Of a DNA stretch of 64,000 nucleotides, positions 42,140 to 52,660 are shown piece after piece; the stretch's first letter is position 1; the number at the start of each line of letters is the position of its first letter. The notes below the pieces were generated by a model, which saw only the letters and a list, made by a program, of their open reading frames with translations, made no database searches and was not told the origin of the DNA. The stretch covers positions 1,248,001 through 1,312,000 of the forward strand of contig CAWJQQ010000001.1 of the NCBI GenBank assembly GCA_963845065.1, in the 5' to 3' direction. The stretch is from Nitrospirota bacterium (lineage in GTDB: Bacteria > Nitrospirota > UBA9217). Position numbers and translations under genes: made by a program.

Positions 42140-44761
42140 TTACTCCTCAGTCTGCTCCCGAAGGAACGCAGCGGGCCTCTGCCGAATTATGGAGAGCGAG
42201 GCTCCAAGACCGACAATGATTACGAGAACGGCCGTTGCGATAATCATCACGCTACTTATGCCTATAAAGGGATTGTAGGGTACGTCGAGAACGTACCGGC
42301 AGATAATCCAACTGCCCGACTGGGAGAGAACGAGTGCGACGATGCCACTTGCGAGTCCAATGAACAAACCTTCGACGGCAAAGACGGACAGTACAAATCT
42401 ACCTTGGGCACCGAGGATCGTGAAATAAATCGCTTCCTGAATGCGCGTGTAGCGCGTTGCAAATACTGAACTAATAATGATCAAGATGCCGGCAAGGACG
42501 CTGAAGAGAGTAAAAAAACGGACGATCAATGTGAGCCGTTCCATGATCCGGGCGAATACCCTGACGATCTCCGTTACGTCGATAACACTTACGTTCGGGA
42601 AACGGGCAACGATTCGATTTTGGATTGAGGCAATCAACTTTTTATCCACTCGAACAGTGGTAAAAACTGTCTGGGGAGCGTCTCTGAGTACCTGATTGGG
42701 GAAAACGAAGTAAAAGTACGGCTGAAGCGCAGCACGTGTCCTGGTCCTGATGCTTGAAATCTTGGCTTCAATAGGGATACCCTGAATGCGGAAAGTGATC
42801 ATATCGCCGATTTTCATATCGCTCATTTTGAGCACTGTATCGAGGACTGAAACCTGTAATGGCGGCCAGTCATCACGAAAAAGAGTTTTTCCATCGATAA
42901 TGCGTTCGTCTTCCAGCAGTCCTTCCCGGTAGGTCAGGTTGAATTCTCGTGCCAGGTTGTCCCCACGTTTCCTCCTCTCCGCCTCACGGTCTATCGGTTT
43001 GTTGTTCACTGCCGTGATAGTCCCTCGAATCACAGGGTAGTACGTGGCTGGGATATTAAGGAATCGGGCGAATGCAACCTTCTGGTCTGGTTGGATATCG
43101 ATGAAGAATAGGTTGGGGGCGTCCGGAGGGTAGGACCGAACGAAGGTTACGTCAAGATTTTTCTCCACGAGTGTGATTGAGAAAATGATTGCTAGTGATG
43201 CAGTTAGTGTGATAATGATCGACATTGTCGCGTTACCAGGGCGAAACAGCCCTTTCAGTGCTTGTCGCAGTATAAGATTTTTCGTGTGCAACATTTTCGA
43301 CAAACGGAGAATTCCTGCGGAACAGAGAACAGAGATAAGTATGAGAAGCCCGACTCCTATGACAAAGTACGATCCCGATTTCAAATCGCGTATCCGCCAT
43401 AGGACCATGGCAATGAAAAGCATAATGCTTGCAATGCCTGTCAGCCATGTTGCTCGACTCTGCGCAAGACGCTGACTTTCCTTGCCAAAAATAGACCGCG
43501 GTTTGACCTCCTTGAGACGGTACAGAGGGAGCAGGGTGAACAGAATTACGACCATGGAACCGATTATAAGCCCCTCGGCCACAGCGCCCCGAGAAATGGT
43601 CATTTCCACATTGGAAGGAATGAGCCCTCGAAAAAGATGCGGAAGAATCTTTTCAAGGAAAAAACTCGCAGCGAGCCCAAGGAGCGTTCCGACGAAGCCG
43701 AGGAATGCTACAAGAATAAAATAATGAATGATGATAAAACGGCTTCGGGATCCCACTGCTTTCATGATGGCGATAGTCTTCTCTTGTTCCTTTAGGAAGG
43801 CGATTAGAGAGCTCTGGATGCCTAGACCTGCGAGGAGCAGCGTAAAGATCCCGATGAGGTTGAGGAAAAAAAGAAGATTTTCGAAGAAACGTTTTACCCC
43901 AGAATCGGCTGTCCGGTAGGTGTCTACACGTTCACGTTCTTTGTTTGATGCAGTCAGGAGCTGATTCGCTACCCGCACCAGTTCGTTCGCTTGTTCGACT
44001 TTAACGAGGATCGTGTAATCCACCCTGCTTCCCTTCCCGATAAGGTCAAGGGAAGGGAGGTCAACTGCGGAAATAAAAACACGAGGGCCAAGTGCAAAGA
44101 AATTTACCGGTCTGTCAGGCTCCTGGACCACGACATCGCGGATGGTAAGACGAGCCCTTCCTACCCTAAGACTGTCGCCGAGTTTGAGGCGAAGACGGTC
44201 GAGAAGTGACTGTTCAACAACGACGCTGCCCCGGGTCAGTACTTTGTTAAATGGAGAACCGGAGGCGAGTTCAAGAGCGCCATAAAAAGGGTAGCCAGGA
44301 TCCACCACTTTGATGCTTGAAAGAAGAGATTCTTGATTTTCATTGGCATCGGGTCTCTGAGGCATCTGTGACGTTGATCCTTCTGCGGTTTCCTGATGCA
44401 CTTGCCTGTATGGCCCTGTAGTTCTTCCTTTTATTTCGCCACGAACTGAGCCACTACTTGCATTTCTGTCAGTTTGTACTACTGAATAAAATTCGTAGAC
44501 ACGTGCGCTTTCTATTGTTTTCCGCAGCTCTAGAGAGTTCAGAGTGCTGAGAAGACTCGGTGAGAATGGAGCATGCGAATGGATAATAATATCTGCAGCA
44601 TGGAGTGCACGAGCATCACGAAGAAAGGATGAGTGAACACTATTGCTGAAACCTCCTAGAGACACCAGCGTTACCATAGACAAGATAACGCAGAGGACCA
44701 GCACAGCTGACTGGTGCCAAGATCCGGCTATTTGGCGACGAATAAGATGAATATTAAACAT
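42140..44761 (-). CDS. YbbP-like ABC permease (two FtsX domains)
   Basis: 'PNLFFIDIQPDQ', 'REFNLTY'; adjacent to TesA and YbbA-like ATPase. Confidence 0.85.
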   Translation of the reverse strand: MFNIHLIRRQIAGSWHQSAVLVLCVILSMVTLVSLGGFSNSVHSSFLRDARALHAADIIIHSHAPFSPSLLSTLNSLELRKTIESARVYEFYSVVQTDRNASSGSVRGEIKGRTTGPYRQVHQETAEGSTSQMPQRPDANENQESLLSSIKVVDPGYPFYGALELASGSPFNKVLTRGSVVVEQSLLDRLRLKLGDSLRVGRARLTIRDVVVQEPDRPVNFFALGPRVFISAVDLPSLDLIGKGSRVDYTILVKVEQANELVRVANQLLTASNKERERVDTYRTADSGVKRFFENLLFFLNLIGIFTLLLAGLGIQSSLIAFLKEQEKTIAIMKAVGSRSRFIIIHYFILVAFLGFVGTLLGLAASFFLEKILPHLFRGLIPSNVEMTISRGAVAEGLIIGSMVVILFTLLPLYRLKEVKPRSIFGKESQRLAQSRATWLTGIASIMLFIAMVLWRIRDLKSGSYFVIGVGLLILISVLCSAGILRLSKMLHTKNLILRQALKGLFRPGNATMSIIITLTASLAIIFSITLVEKNLDVTFVRSYPPDAPNLFFIDIQPDQKVAFARFLNIPATYYPVIRGTITAVNNKPIDREAERRKRGDNLAREFNLTYREGLLEDERIIDGKTLFRDDWPPLQVSVLDTVLKMSDMKIGDMITFRIQGIPIEAKISSIRTRTRAALQPYFYFVFPNQVLRDAPQTVFTTVRVDKKLIASIQNRIVARFPNVSVIDVTEIVRVFARIMERLTLIVRFFTLFSVLAGILIIISSVFATRYTRIQEAIYFTILGAQGRFVLSVFAVEGLFIGLASGIVALVLSQSGSWIICRYVLDVPYNPFIGISSVMIIATAVLVIIVGLGASLSIIRQRPAAFLREQTEE

Positions 44762-45434
44762 ATGTGATGCTCGCATCAATTAGCCCATCACGGAGCGTGA
44801 CGACGCGGTCGGCTTTCCTGGAAATATCCTGATTATGCGTAACAAGAATTAGAGTGGTCATCCGTTCGTGGTAGAGTTCAAGAAGCAAATCCAGGACGGC
44901 TTTGCCATTTACTGAGTCGAGGTTGCCCGTCGGCTCATCTGCAAAGATGATCCGTGGGTCGTTTATCAAGGCGCGGCAAATGGCACAGCGTTGTTTTTCT
45001 CCGCCCGACAGCTGGTGGGGAAAATTGGAAGCCCGTTCAATAAGTCCGACCCGTGTGAGGAGAACCTCTGCCTTCTCACGGGCGTGGAGATCTCTCCGTA
45101 GCTCAGCGGGGAACATGACGTTTTCAAGGGTTGTTAGGGAGGGAACAAGGTGAAACGATTGGAAGACGAAACCGAAGGTGGTATTTCTGAGCGGTGCAAG
45201 CTCGTCCTCAGGAAGGTTGGTGATGTCTCTTCCTTCGATCAGGACGCGGCCCTTGTCGGTAGTGTCAAGCCCTGAGAGAATTGAGAGAAGAGTTGATTTT
45301 CCACTGCCACTATTACCTTCCACGACAAGAAATTCACCTCTAGCCACTGAAAGAGATACATCGTCGAGAACCGTGATTCTCTGGTTGCCGATTGTATAAA
45401 TCTTGGAGATATTGTTCGCTTCGAGGATAGTCAT
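44754..45434 (-). CDS. YbbA-like ABC ATPase
   Basis: GNSGSGKST, FGFVFQSFHL, LSGGEKQR, ADEPTGNLD. Confidence 0.9.
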   Translation of the reverse strand: MTILEANNISKIYTIGNQRITVLDDVSLSVARGEFLVVEGNSGSGKSTLLSILSGLDTTDKGRVLIEGRDITNLPEDELAPLRNTTFGFVFQSFHLVPSLTTLENVMFPAELRRDLHAREKAEVLLTRVGLIERASNFPHQLSGGEKQRCAICRALINDPRIIFADEPTGNLDSVNGKAVLDLLLELYHERMTTLILVTHNQDISRKADRVVTLRDGLIDASITYV

Positions 45435-45755
45435 ATAATACCGTGGATAAATAATATCGACGTCGGCAGAGTTAGTAACGTCCCGCACCTTTCTGGCAAA
45501 TAGTATCATCACTGACGTCGGTAGTCAATTGTCAGATATTGAAATGCATGTAGCATAACAGTAAAATATTTCAGCAATTGACTTCAGGAGGTATTAGGAT
45601 GTAGAATAATACTAAAGATTGTCAAAATAAAATCGTGAGTAAAGAAAAATGAGATTCAGGCTAGTGTCCTTGAATTCAGTGAGTAAACACGTAACAATCA
45701 TGATAAACCATATATAAATTAACCTGGAAAAGAACCAACATGGGCGGGTCCGCTA

Positions 45756-46427
45756 ATGAAAAAGATATTGCTGACGAATGATATAAAAAAACTATTTACC
45801 GAACAAAGCAACTTTCTCGATCGCTCTGATATTACAGTAGTAACGGCGGCGACAAACGCAGAGTTACTAAAGATTCATCGGAAGGAAAACGTAGATCTTA
45901 TTGTTTCCCAGTTAGAGGCGCCAGGGATCAAGAGCGAAAAAATATTTGAAATCATCAGAAAGAACGACGATCTGCGAAAAGTATCTGTTATTATAATCTG
46001 CAAGGATACTCTCGCAAACCGTGAGCGGTGCAAGCTATGCCATGCCAATGAAGTTTTTACCATACCTGTTGATTTGGCTTTACTGTTCATAAAAATGCAG
46101 CAACTCCTCAATATTTCGCCAAGAATGTACTATCGGGCCGCTCTCGCAGTCGCCGTACAAGGAAAATTCAAGGACCGGCCGCTTCCATTCTGGACAGAAA
46201 ATATCAGTGCTAGTGGCATGCTAATCAAGGCAAAGGAGCCGCTTTCAAAAGGCGATGGGATCTTTTTCTCATTCTTTCTACCTGATGGCACGCATGTCAG
46301 CGGATACGGCGAAATTACCCGGGTCAATCATCCGAGGACTGAACAAGATGCATATCTTGATGGGATCAAGTTTACCAACATAGACCCGAGTGCTCAGGCA
46401 GCTATAGAAGCCGTTATAAATAAATAA
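45756..46427 (+). CDS. Degenerate receiver + PilZ domain protein
   Basis: PilZ RxxxR (RMYYR) and NxSxxG (NISASG); REC-like N-terminus lacking Asp. Confidence 0.8.
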   Translation: MKKILLTNDIKKLFTEQSNFLDRSDITVVTAATNAELLKIHRKENVDLIVSQLEAPGIKSEKIFEIIRKNDDLRKVSVIIICKDTLANRERCKLCHANEVFTIPVDLALLFIKMQQLLNISPRMYYRAALAVAVQGKFKDRPLPFWTENISASGMLIKAKEPLSKGDGIFFSFFLPDGTHVSGYGEITRVNHPRTEQDAYLDGIKFTNIDPSAQAAIEAVINK

Positions 46428-46512
46428 TCAAAAAATATTTCTCAGAATGAATTTGTTTTATAAATATTAATCATCTGCGGGGAAGTGATTAGTGTATAGC
46501 TTGGTCAACTTA

Positions 46513-46568
46513 TGGTGTGCTGAACTTGATAGAATCGGTACGGCAGTTGATCGCTGAGAGATTTTAAG
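46513..46568 (-). pseudogene. Degenerate tRNA-Leu 3' fragment (old att remnant)
   Basis: TGGTG...CGGTACGGCAGTTG...GAGAGATTTTAAG aligns with 55614-55670. Confidence 0.6.
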
Positions 46569-47020
46569 GTTTTTTCAATATCTTTTTGTGCCATATAAAA
46601 TAAAGTGTTTTGGGTAAATTACAGTTAGGTTTAGATTGCTGGCCTCTAACGTTCGAATAAGATTGTAGCTGGTTAACGGCAGATTTCCATTCGTAACATC
46701 GGCATGATAATTATTATTGAGCCGCTTTCAACAACAATTATAGCCGTTTCGCCATGGTCTCATCATTTCTGAAGGAACCATGGTTTTTAGTCATCTTTCG
46801 ATACGACATGATAAGTGATTCAATCACATTCATTGTCTCGATAATTTTTCGAATTTCAGGAAGTTGGATGAAGAAATGTGATCTTATCGTGAAGGCGACG
46901 TTGAAGCAGTCGGAGGCCAATGATTCTTTGTCTATGTCATAATCGGTGTAAATGGGGAGGGATAGAAAATACCCACTTTCCTTATGGTGGTCGCATGACA
47001 AAATTATTGAGGGAATCTTA

Positions 47021-47659
47021 ATGATCCGTGCGCGGATTCTTTCCGGCATAGCATGGTTTCTTGTCTCACTCTGGAGCAGGACAATAAAGATACGTTTCGT
47101 GAACAGAGAGGTTCCGGAGCGACTCGCCGCGGAAGGAAAAAATTTTATTTATGCTTTTTTTCACGGAGATCTTTTCCTGATGCTTCACGTGTACCGCGAT
47201 TCTGGTGTCGTAATCCCTGCAAGCGAAAGCAGGGACGGGGAGATCATGGCTCAGTTACTCAGACGATTCGGGTTCTCTATCGTGCGCGGGTCTAGCAAAC
47301 GCAAAGGTCATAAAGCACTTCTTGCGCTGATAAGTAGCATGCGCAAGGGAAAGAATGTGGCCATAGCAGTCGATGGGCCCCGTGGACCTCTGCATCAGGT
47401 AAAGTCGGGTGTGGTATTCCTTGCAGGCGTTACGAAAGCGCCCATTGTCCCGGTGATTATTACTGTAAAACATTTTTGGGTTATCGAAAAGAGCTGGGAT
47501 AAACTTATGATCCCCGTTCCGTTTACCAATGGATTTATGGCGTTTGGCGATCCCATCTATGTGAACAGCACATTAAATGAAGAAATCGAGTCTGCTCGAA
47601 AGAAAATTGAAGCTGATCTGCAAATGTTGACGCATCAAGCGATGGGATCCGGTTTGTAA
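47021..47659 (+). CDS. DUF374 / lysophospholipid acyltransferase family protein
   Basis: 'SESRDGE', 'VRGSS', 'AVDGPRGP', 'SWDKLMIPVPF'. Confidence 0.85.
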   Translation: MIRARILSGIAWFLVSLWSRTIKIRFVNREVPERLAAEGKNFIYAFFHGDLFLMLHVYRDSGVVIPASESRDGEIMAQLLRRFGFSIVRGSSKRKGHKALLALISSMRKGKNVAIAVDGPRGPLHQVKSGVVFLAGVTKAPIVPVIITVKHFWVIEKSWDKLMIPVPFTNGFMAFGDPIYVNSTLNEEIESARKKIEADLQMLTHQAMGSGL

Positions 47660-47789
47660 CAGCCCACAGGCTGTGGTCAACACTGGAATAGCGATTAAGA
47701 CTACTGGCAATGGGCAACAATAGCTGCTAATAGTTAACAAGTCGATGGTCACCTCATCGTGAACGCACTTTAATTCTTTAAGACTTGAA

Positions 47790-47970
47790 AGCATAATCGG
47801 GTATCGACTCCTTCGCAAAGTACGCGGCAGCTTTTTTACGATGTCCCGCTCCATCTTTGCTTCAGCCGGCTTCCGCTTTGTCCTGGCCACCTCCAACTCC
47901 ATCTTAATCTCGGTTAGCGGTCTCTGGCTCTTTTCTATCTCCGACGACTTTCCCAATTTATAGGAGCCAA
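47790..47970 (-). mobile_element. IS3-family OrfA remnant
   Basis: QRPLTEIKMELEVAR...KMERDIVKK then, after a frameshift, AAYFAKES. Confidence 0.65.
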
Positions 47971-49018
47971 CGCTGATCTGCAGCGAGACAGCGTTGGTGA
48001 AACAACTTGCGTGATGAATTGAATTATGATGTATGTTTCGTCTGAAAAGGAAAAGGTAAGAATGTTCCTGAGACGTCTTCATTTTCTTATCAAAGATCAG
48101 CCCCATGGGTGTGCATCAGTTGAGTGCAAGTGTGCATTTGCGAGTCATGCTAAGCTTTCCGCTCATCCGGAATTATTTGAAAATTAAGACATATTTATTT
48201 GGCAACGACTTTGCTTTTTCAGTTGTTATCAGCTGATTAGTATACCGAAATAGAGGAATAGGATTATGAAAGTAACATGCTTGGAGCCACCGACTTGTAG
48301 CGTTATTACTATAACTAAAACTGAAGGCTGGGGCGTTGGGGTACGGGATGTCCGAGCTACTCTGCTGAGATGCAGGAAGACCTTTTTCACCGACATTGTC
48401 GAGCCTACCAATACCCATAAAGTTGCACAGACGGCCGTCGGATAGAAGATGCAGGATGCCACTTGTATGCTAGTGTTCCGCTTTACCCACTCGGCGCGGC
48501 GATCGGACTGAAACCGACTACAAGCTAGACATGACTTTGGCTCTAAGCATCCATCCGCCGAAGCGTGGAGCGCTAAGTTGGTGTGTAAGAAGTTGTTGGG
48601 CCGCGCATTATGCTTTACCAAGTGTTTCTCGTGTGTGGTCTGCAGACATCAATTGCGCGGTCAACGCTCCCGTTTGGTCGTGAGCCGTATAAGGCATGCA
48701 TTTCTGTATGCGTGAATAAAGTGAATCACACTGGTCTGATAATAATCAGACCGAAACGGTTTGTCTCACGCCAGAATCTACTCATTCAGGCTTTCACCGA
48801 AAACCACCCACCGATGCATTACCCTATATATAGAAATCATCGGCTATCATCCTGCCGCTGCGGGCTTCTTGAATTATGGATTGAACGACGTGAAGATGTC
48901 ATCTCAATCCTTATTGATTCTACACATCTTCAAAAATAATGTCTATCAAGTTACCATCTACAAGTATGCATCCGAGACTCGCTATAAAAAGCGCAGTATT
49001 AGCGTGCCCATTCAAGAC

Positions 49019-50086
49019 TTAACTGTACGTCAGTTTTCGCTCAAGGTCTTTCGAGCGGGAGATGCGCTTTGCCTCATCGAGAGTTATGAGTTCGGCTCTA
49101 CAGAGCTGAATGAGATGTTGGTCCATTGTCTGCATGTGGTATTCGTCGCGTCCCTTTTCGATATACTGCTCGATCTCATCGAGGTGATTGTCCCTGATGC
49201 ACGCCTGAATGGTAGAAGTTGCATACATCACCTCAAGAACAGGAATAACAGTGTCGTCTTTTTTCCCTCTTACAAGCCTCAAAGAGATGATAGCTACAAG
49301 GCTCTCCGCCAGCCTTTTCCTGGCATTCTCCTGCGCCTGAGGCGGGAAATAACCAACGATACGGTTGATGGACGAAGCCGTATTATGGGTATGAAGAGTG
49401 GACAATACCAGATGCCCGGTCTCGGCGGCCATCACACAGGCATCTATGGTTTCAAGATCACGTAATTCTCCGACCATGATGACGTCGGGATTCATGCGCA
49501 TTGCAGACCGTAAAGCAATGCTGAAACTATCCGTATCGATGCCTATTTCCCTCTGGATAATACAGCTTTTGTTCGAAGTGAACAAAAACTCGATCGGGTC
49601 CTCGATCGTAATGATATTGTAATCGAAATTATCATTGATAAACCTCATCATCGAAGCTAGCGTCGTTGATTTGCCGTTGCCGGTCGGTCCGGTGACGAGA
49701 ACCAGGCCGTTAGGAACCTGCGCTATCCTGCCGAGCACCGGAGGAAGATTTAACTCCTCGAACGTGCCTATCTGGTGAGGTATGACTCGCATGACGACGC
49801 CGAGGTTGCCGCGCTGCCGGAAGATGCTCACGCGGAAGCGTCCGACATCCGTCAGCGTATAGGAAGTATCAAGTTCCTTCAAGTCTTCAGGCAGCTTTCG
49901 GTTGTGCTGCTCCATAACCGCGCTTGCGACGAATTCAGTGTCTTTTTTCGTCAAGTTCGCGAGCTTGGAGCGAATAAGATGCCCGCGCGCACGGAACATC
50001 GGGGGGTTGTCCACCTCAAAATGGATATCCGAGACCCTTTTTTCGAAGGCAATGTGAAGAATCTGATTAAATACTGCAATGTCCAT
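49019..50086 (-). CDS. PilT/PilU-family ATPase
   Basis: SDIH, GPTGNGKST, IEDPIE, PDVIMVGELRD, GHLVLSTLH. Confidence 0.92.
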   Translation of the reverse strand: MDIAVFNQILHIAFEKRVSDIHFEVDNPPMFRARGHLIRSKLANLTKKDTEFVASAVMEQHNRKLPEDLKELDTSYTLTDVGRFRVSIFRQRGNLGVVMRVIPHQIGTFEELNLPPVLGRIAQVPNGLVLVTGPTGNGKSTTLASMMRFINDNFDYNIITIEDPIEFLFTSNKSCIIQREIGIDTDSFSIALRSAMRMNPDVIMVGELRDLETIDACVMAAETGHLVLSTLHTHNTASSINRIVGYFPPQAQENARKRLAESLVAIISLRLVRGKKDDTVIPVLEVMYATSTIQACIRDNHLDEIEQYIEKGRDEYHMQTMDQHLIQLCRAELITLDEAKRISRSKDLERKLTYS

Positions 50087-50136
50087 GGCGCGTTGTACCT
50101 CCGCGTTTTATCTTGGTCGAAGACACATCCATATCT

Positions 50137-51915
50137 CTATGATTTTTGAGCCGCTTTGGTTACCTGCCTGCGGAAAATCACATATTCCAGAACAATGCCC
50201 GCTTGCTGAGAAAGGATCTCAAGCATATCGAGCCTCACAGGAGACGCCTCTTTCTGCCCGAAATCGCCGTATATCACCGCTACGACCTTTCGATCGCTTA
50301 TCAAGGGCAGCAGAACAATGGCGGAACTCAACGGTTTGCCTAATTCTGTAAAAAATGTCCTGAGCGTTTCATCGCCGCTCTCTCCGTAATAGACCCGCCC
50401 TTTTTCGATAACGTCCCGAAAAACCGAAGGCTTTGAAAGCTGGATCTTCAGCCTGTTCGCCGGAGTCGGCCCCATACTTTTTTCGGAACTGATCCCTATG
50501 GCTCTTTCACCGATCAATTCTGAAGCACGGACGAGAAATGTAACCGCACGTTCGAACATCTCGGAAACAGCCGTGAGAACCACGAGCGCCGCATCGGAAG
50601 GAACAGTGATCCCCCGAAGCGATGTGATGCCTTCTTTCAGTTTCTTGCCGTAGATATCAGCATCATCGTGTCCATACTGAATACTCTTGACATACGACTT
50701 GAACGCGTCGAGGAATTTTATCGTGTCCTCGATGTACGTTTCTCTCCGATCTTCTTTCGACGGTTTGGGGAGAACAGCCCTCACGCCCTCATGGTACGAT
50801 TGAAGGATGAAATCACTATCCTGAGGAGATGCAAATTGAATCACGGGAACCGCAGAGTACTTTCCGATCACCTCTTTCCTCAGTCCTACTATTTTTCCCC
50901 TGGAAAACCCGCCCTCCGATTTCACGTAATTGTCGAAGACAACGAATGGCATTCTCCCGGAAAGGAAGCACTGAGATACTATCCGGTAGAGCTCCTTTTC
51001 GTCATCAGTCGCAAACACGAGTACTCCCTCATCGTTACAAAGGGACATGACTGAATGACTGATAAGCGCATCACAGCTGAAAATGACGACAGCCTTGCTC
51101 GCCTGCTTCGCCGCAGCGTCGGGCGCAGCCTTACGATCGGCGGATTTCCTAAGAAAAGAAACAAATGCCTCCTGCTCTTCGAAAGAAAAACCCGGGAGCA
51201 GTTCCTTTATTTTCTGGCGATGGATTGCGACCGGATCAAATATTTCCATTTCAGAAACAGGCCGGGGTATCCTCTTCTCAAGCCGGTCGAGGTCGGCAAG
51301 CCCGAGATCATCCGCTGTAACTATGGAACGTTCTACTTTTGTTTCACCGGCGCTTTCCTCGGGAAGGACATCGGCATAGAGCGCCTCAAAGGAAGGAACT
51401 TCTTTTCCAGCCGCGCGGTCGCGTTCCCGCTCGTCGAAGATGCGAAGTGCCTCCATCAAAACCATCTGGGCATCAACTTCCAGATCCCGCTCTCCTTCGG
51501 AAGAAACGACAATCGCATCCGTATCAAACGTAAAGGTGCCCTTCGTCCAGTTCATCAGCTCAACGATCGTAATCTCGACCAGCTTTTTCAATCCTCTTAG
51601 GGCGTCTTCCCGCTTCAGCATGCCCGTCAGTACCAAGGAAGCGAGAAGCGGTATGCGGTTTTTGTCCGCATTCTTCGTGACACCCATTGCCTTCTTGAGA
51701 TCGTCGATCGTTATGGCGCCCGTCTTTACCAGAATGGTCCCGATACGGACGCTATTGTTGATATGATTTGCGCCGACAATATATCCGTTTCTGAAAACAA
51801 TCTTGCTCACCCCTTTGTTCCCATTAACGGAAAAAATACCCGATTTCCGCGTTGTGTGGATCAACTGGACAATGTCTACTATAGGCAGATTTTCTAAATC
51901 TCCGGTAAATGCCAT
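50137..51915 (-). CDS. DUF4388 (PatA_N-like) protein with REC-like and C-terminal GAF-like regions
   Basis: 'FTGDLENLPIVDIVQLI...KSG', 'WTKGTFTF', 'LMEALRIFDE'; 'VLLPL...AVIYGD' tail. Confidence 0.8.
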   Translation of the reverse strand: MAFTGDLENLPIVDIVQLIHTTRKSGIFSVNGNKGVSKIVFRNGYIVGANHINNSVRIGTILVKTGAITIDDLKKAMGVTKNADKNRIPLLASLVLTGMLKREDALRGLKKLVEITIVELMNWTKGTFTFDTDAIVVSSEGERDLEVDAQMVLMEALRIFDERERDRAAGKEVPSFEALYADVLPEESAGETKVERSIVTADDLGLADLDRLEKRIPRPVSEMEIFDPVAIHRQKIKELLPGFSFEEQEAFVSFLRKSADRKAAPDAAAKQASKAVVIFSCDALISHSVMSLCNDEGVLVFATDDEKELYRIVSQCFLSGRMPFVVFDNYVKSEGGFSRGKIVGLRKEVIGKYSAVPVIQFASPQDSDFILQSYHEGVRAVLPKPSKEDRRETYIEDTIKFLDAFKSYVKSIQYGHDDADIYGKKLKEGITSLRGITVPSDAALVVLTAVSEMFERAVTFLVRASELIGERAIGISSEKSMGPTPANRLKIQLSKPSVFRDVIEKGRVYYGESGDETLRTFFTELGKPLSSAIVLLPLISDRKVVAVIYGDFGQKEASPVRLDMLEILSQQAGIVLEYVIFRRQVTKAAQKS

Positions 51916-52199
51916 ATTCTTTAGTATTAATCCTTGGTAAGTATCCCCTTAGGGGTACTGAAATATTAGCCTGGAAAACAAAAGTTTCATCAACAAGATA
52001 AAATCTATAATCGTACGACCCCACGGAGACCGCCTGTATTTGGAATGTGATTCCCCAAGTATACAGTTGGTACCTCAGAAGGGCTAATTACCTTGAATTA
52101 TATAATGATAGGGGATAAGAAGCAAGTGCGCTTCTAAAAACATCAAAAATAAGCATAATCATGAATTGGAAAATATGTCTATCCGGTTAACGCAACAAA

Positions 52200-52434
52200 A
52201 GCCTTTTTTAACGCAGCGCCACTAAATGAATTCAAGGTATTGGGTAACATCGAAGACAAAACTAGCGCTTATCATTTGGGTCTTGGGATGTGGATTAGGA
52301 ATAATTGGAGACTTTGGAAAGCCTTGCGACTTGCAAGTATTTTAATAATATTGACGATCGAAACCCAGACAACATGTCCGGCACTATCTAACACTCATTC
52401 TGAAGAGATTTTAATAAGAATCCTATTTTTCTGA
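52200..52434 (+). pseudogene. Fragment of a conserved hypothetical gene (DUF6794-like)
   Basis: 'YHLGLGMWIRNNWRLW' motif in a frameshifted context. Confidence 0.45.
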
Positions 52435-52660
52435 ATGCTCAAGTTGACTGTTATACAAGCGACGCGTTCATATGTAAGGTACAACCCGTAGTCTTTAACC
52501 CCGTCACAATATTGGCATTCCACACTCGTAGGTGAAGAAGCGATAGACATTATTCTAGACGAGGTGTAGACTCGCTGTTGAAGTATGTGAAGCGGCCTTC
52601 ATCCTAAAGCTGATGAAATTTCCAATTTTTGAAACACATAAAGTTATATCTGAATTTCCA

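Noticed and set aside
48761..49465. 234-aa plus-strand ORF, and similar antisense ORFs such as 12382..13077, 14051..14677 and 61872..62537
   Set aside because: Shadows of well-supported opposite-strand genes with no recognisable motifs
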